Shown here: one piece after another, positions 63,255-64,000 of the stretch
Position numbering within the stretch: position 1 is the stretch's first letter
How the letters are laid out: every line of letters starts with the position of its first letter
Sequence record: OR844650.1
Reading direction: 5' to 3' (one strand)
DNA length: 64,000 nucleotides
The notes under the pieces: model-generated
Databases searched by the model: none
What the model was told of the DNA's origin: nothing
The model's input: only the letters and a program-made list of their open reading frames with translations
Made by a program: the position numbers and the translations under genes

Positions 63255-64000
63255 TTATAAAATTACTTCACCAAAAATGCCATTGATATCACGTTCAATG
63301 ATGTATTCACCTTCATGTTCTTCTAAGAACTTTTTAATGGCTTCATTAACTTTAGGACGATGCATGTTGTTGAATGTTTCAGTACATCCGTCACCTTTTT
63401 CATAATAACCACTTTTGTGATGTGGATTACCGCAGAACGCAATTGTATGTGTAATACGTTCTAACTCAGCAGCAAGATGCCCCCCATTGTCTTTGTTAAA
63501 GAAAATGGAAATTTCATTTTTCCAAAATACTTCAACTTGATATATTTTTTTAAAAGAACTATTAATGCGTTTCAAACGCTTATCGTTATCACCTGCAATA
63601 CCGGCTTTATCTGATTCATTATATACATCGTTATGTATATAATAATAAGCTGTTTTGTCTTTTTTAAAACCACTTGGTGTTCTGTTCGGATGTCCTTGTC
63701 CTCGAAGGAATGCATTAGGTGTAATCTGAAACTCACCGAAATCAGGATCAATTATAGTTACTTTTGTATGTGCATTAATATAATTGGCTTTACTATAATC
63801 ATAATTAATATCAGTTCTTTTTTCCTTTCCTTCAGTGACGAATTGTTCTGTGGTTTTCGATTGTGCTTGCATACTGTTTTTAATAGCTCGCATTGGATGT
63901 CCACCACCAAACAAAAAATCCGAAGGTGTAATCTGAAACTCACCGAAATCAGGATCAATTATAGTTACTTTTGTATATGCATTAATATAATTGGCTTTAC
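63255..64000 (-). mobile_element. Homing endonuclease-like gene, 5' part beyond window; repeated YSKANYINAxTKVTIIDPDFGEFQITP units + GIY-YIG/Seg-like C-terminus
   Basis: Frame open to 64000; 63717-63793 repeats at 63924-64000 (1 mismatch); AYYYIH...KAGIAG...RLKRIN. Confidence 0.65.

Noticed and set aside
1-64000. tRNA or rRNA genes
   Set aside because: No cloverleaf or T-loop/CCA patterns noticed by eye; tRNAscan-SE would be needed to exclude them fully

Overview
Window from a large, AT-rich lytic phage genome. Gene style and layout resemble RaK2/GAP32/PBECO4/121Q-type enterobacterial jumbo myophages; this is recalled similarity, not a database match. Six compartments: (1) 1-12.9 kb, minus-strand small genes forming two paralogue families (an EExFQxSLVxD-motif family and 27 consecutive LGTNYQE-motif genes). 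(2) About 12.95-34.5 kb, a GC-richer early-gene island in which nearly every short gene has its own sigma70 promoter, usually with a 5' stem-loop and RBS (PeSL-like). It holds at least 11 Chi octamers, about 10 ORF-less promoter-driven copies of a CCCANNGGGTGC RNA-like motif, a protein kinase, a TraR/DksA protein, and a non-coding repeat-rich right edge. It is a candidate long terminal repeat or first-injected region. (3) 34.5-39.3 kb, about 21 tandem 60-75 aa paralogues. (4) 39.4-57.7 kb, a plus-strand array of 16 genes sharing an MLPFxRxxxYGN leader (14 RCC1/BLIP-II-like beta-propeller genes of which one is frameshifted, one Gly-rich protein, one deleted relic), mostly separated by a repeated terminator-TAAATA promoter-RBS cassette. 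(5) 58.4-61.2 kb, 8 small membrane proteins. (6) An AAA+ ATPase and two homing-endonuclease-like genes. The palindrome AGTACT is strongly over-represented throughout. No tRNA, rRNA, CRISPR array, integrase or reverse transcriptase was seen. All counts and coordinates were read by hand.
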